Source of the DNA: Callorhinchus milii
Taxonomy: Eukaryota
Assembly: GCF_018977255.1 (NCBI RefSeq)
Contig: NW_024704742.1
Location: 62,002,001-62,066,000, forward strand
Reading direction: 5' to 3'
Length of the DNA stretch: 64,000 nt
Position 1 is the stretch's first letter; each line of letters starts with the position of its first letter. The notes beneath the pieces are model-generated. The model searched no databases, was not told the DNA's origin, and worked only from the letters and a program-made list of their open reading frames with translations. Shown in pieces: positions 62,190-64,000 of the stretch. Both the position numbers and the translations under genes were made by a program.

Positions 62190-62870
62190 ACAGAAAAAAG
62201 TCATTTGGCCCATCGTGTTTATGCCACTACTGACTGCTTCTCTCAATTGCCCTGTTTGATTACTCCCACTTTCCCATTCTCTCCCCATATATTTGATATT
62301 TTTCACTGCTCAGGTTTTTATCGAGTTCCATTTTGAATGATTGCATGGATCCAGCCTCAATACATTACTTGTGGGAATGGACACCACACCCTACCTAACC
62401 TCTCTCCTATTTTTTTTCAGCTAACAATCCTGAGACTCTGTCTCCTGCCTATGTCTATGCCTCATTACTTCCCCAACTAAAGGAACTATTTCCTCCTATC
62501 TACCCTGTCATACCCCTTCAGTATCTTAAACATATCTATCATATCCATTGTCAATCTCATCTGCTCCAGTGGGAAAAGGCCTATTTATGCCAGTCTCTCT
62601 TCATATTCACTATATATTGTCTCATATCCAGTAACATCAGAATGAATCTGAGCTGCAGTTTCTCCAGCTCTATGACATCCTTTCTACAATGCAATGCAAT
62701 TTACACATATATAACATCTTTTATGTCTTGCAGATATCTCAAAGCACTTAAATTTCTGCTGTGGGAAGCCTAAAACTGAATACAATATTCCAACTAATCA
62801 AAGTCAAACCAAAGTCCTAAGCAATTCCAACATAAATTTCCATCTTTTATATTCAATACACTGGATAATC
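62190..62870 (-). mobile_element. Old CR1 3' region
   Basis: CATTTGGCCCATCGTG at the 3' end; TCTCATCTGCTCCAGTGG (reverse of LEQMR) and AAAACTGAATACAATATTC (reverse of EYCIQF). Confidence 0.65.
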
Positions 62871-64000
62871 CTTATGTTTTCGTATTAGAAGAGATAAATA
62901 GCAATGGTTTTTATAGTGCTTCTATTCTATCGTTACAAGACATTTTTTTCTCAGACATGTTGATGCATTAGTCCATGCTTTCACAACATTATGCACATCT
63001 CCTCCCTTCTAGGATTTGGGGCTTTTTGTTGCTATTTCGCTGTGACATGAAGTAACTTTTCATCTTATTATTATCATTATCTTAGCTTCAGTAACAATTA
63101 GGAACAGGAGTTTAACTTAATCATTTCCTGATACAAATTAAACAATAGTTAGTGATTATAATACATGACATCCTGTTTATGGTAAAACCATAATAACACA
63201 GAAACAGACCATTTGTCCCATCAAGTTTGTGTTGTTTTTCTCTACATTATCCGATATATTTATCCCTCTCTCCTGGTCACTCCCCAAACCGGTAATATTC
63301 TTCCTCATTAAGAATGGATAGCAATTTCCATTTAAAATAATCTAAGAACTCTGCCACAACTATAGTTATGTGGCAGAGAATTCTGCATTCTCAATGCGAT
63401 TTTTTTTCTAACCTCCCCTTTAATATTTTTTGTGATATTATTGACTTACCAACCAATGAAACAATTTACCCTATCATAACTGCTTGTACTCTTTCATAAC
63501 CCTTCAGAAATTTCAGACAATTTAAATAATCTTAAATAATAATCCTTCCATTTAATATAGCACCTTATCACATCATCACAGCGTCTGAAAGCACTTCATA
63601 TGATTTACTGCAAGGTATTGTGACTTTGTAATGGTTATGCATGCAGTAGACAATCTCTGCACAGCAATGTCCTGCAAACAGCCGTGAAGTGAAATGACAA
63701 AGTTTATATGAGGGATTGCAAATGTAACCAAAAATGACAAAAATCTTAAGTGGAAGACCATGAGAAACTTCATGCCTCCAGAGTCAAAGGTGAAATAATA
63801 TTCTGGAAAAAGTAGTAGCACTGTTGATCCACTTTCACTATGTTTATTATTTTTATGATGTTATTAAGTGCTGTAAGATTTTGCTTGTAATTTATCCTAA
63901 TAACAGGGAAATTCCAAAGCCGGCTACTTATCATCTGAGAAGAGTTTCACAAGAAGCTATTTGGAGAGGAAATCAGGGGCAAAGACCTCAGTGTTATATC

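Noticed and set aside
1..64000. CRISPR-like array from recurring AAATGCAAGGATTATT motifs
   Set aside because: These are dispersed SINE tails in both orientations with irregular spacing, in eukaryotic DNA.

Overview
This is vertebrate non-coding DNA, not prokaryotic. The repeat set (L2 and CR1 LINEs, tRNA-headed Deu-domain SINEs, LF-SINE-like and AmnSINE2-like relics) suggests a cartilaginous fish such as a chimaera (inference). I found no host protein-coding gene, RNA gene or CRISPR array. Every ORF in the track with recognisable protein motifs is a broken L2 or CR1 reverse-transcriptase fragment; the rest look like chance ORFs or translated SINEs. Roughly half the window is nested retroelements. 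Between them lie several 0.5-2 kb islands with no recognisable repeats, which look like candidate conserved enhancers in a gene desert or large intron. The most notable observations are: (1) at least four independent short (about 58-185 bp) local duplications, two of them copying repeat junctions, suggesting recurrent templated insertion; (2) a shared L2/SINE 3' stem-loop with a compensatory base-pair change; (3) a palindromic AT-rich MITE-like family I cannot name; (4) a young SINE subfamily defined by an internal deletion; (5) an LF-SINE-like relic. I see no convincing new protein-based system. Family names come from recalled consensus sequences, not searches, and element ends are approximate.
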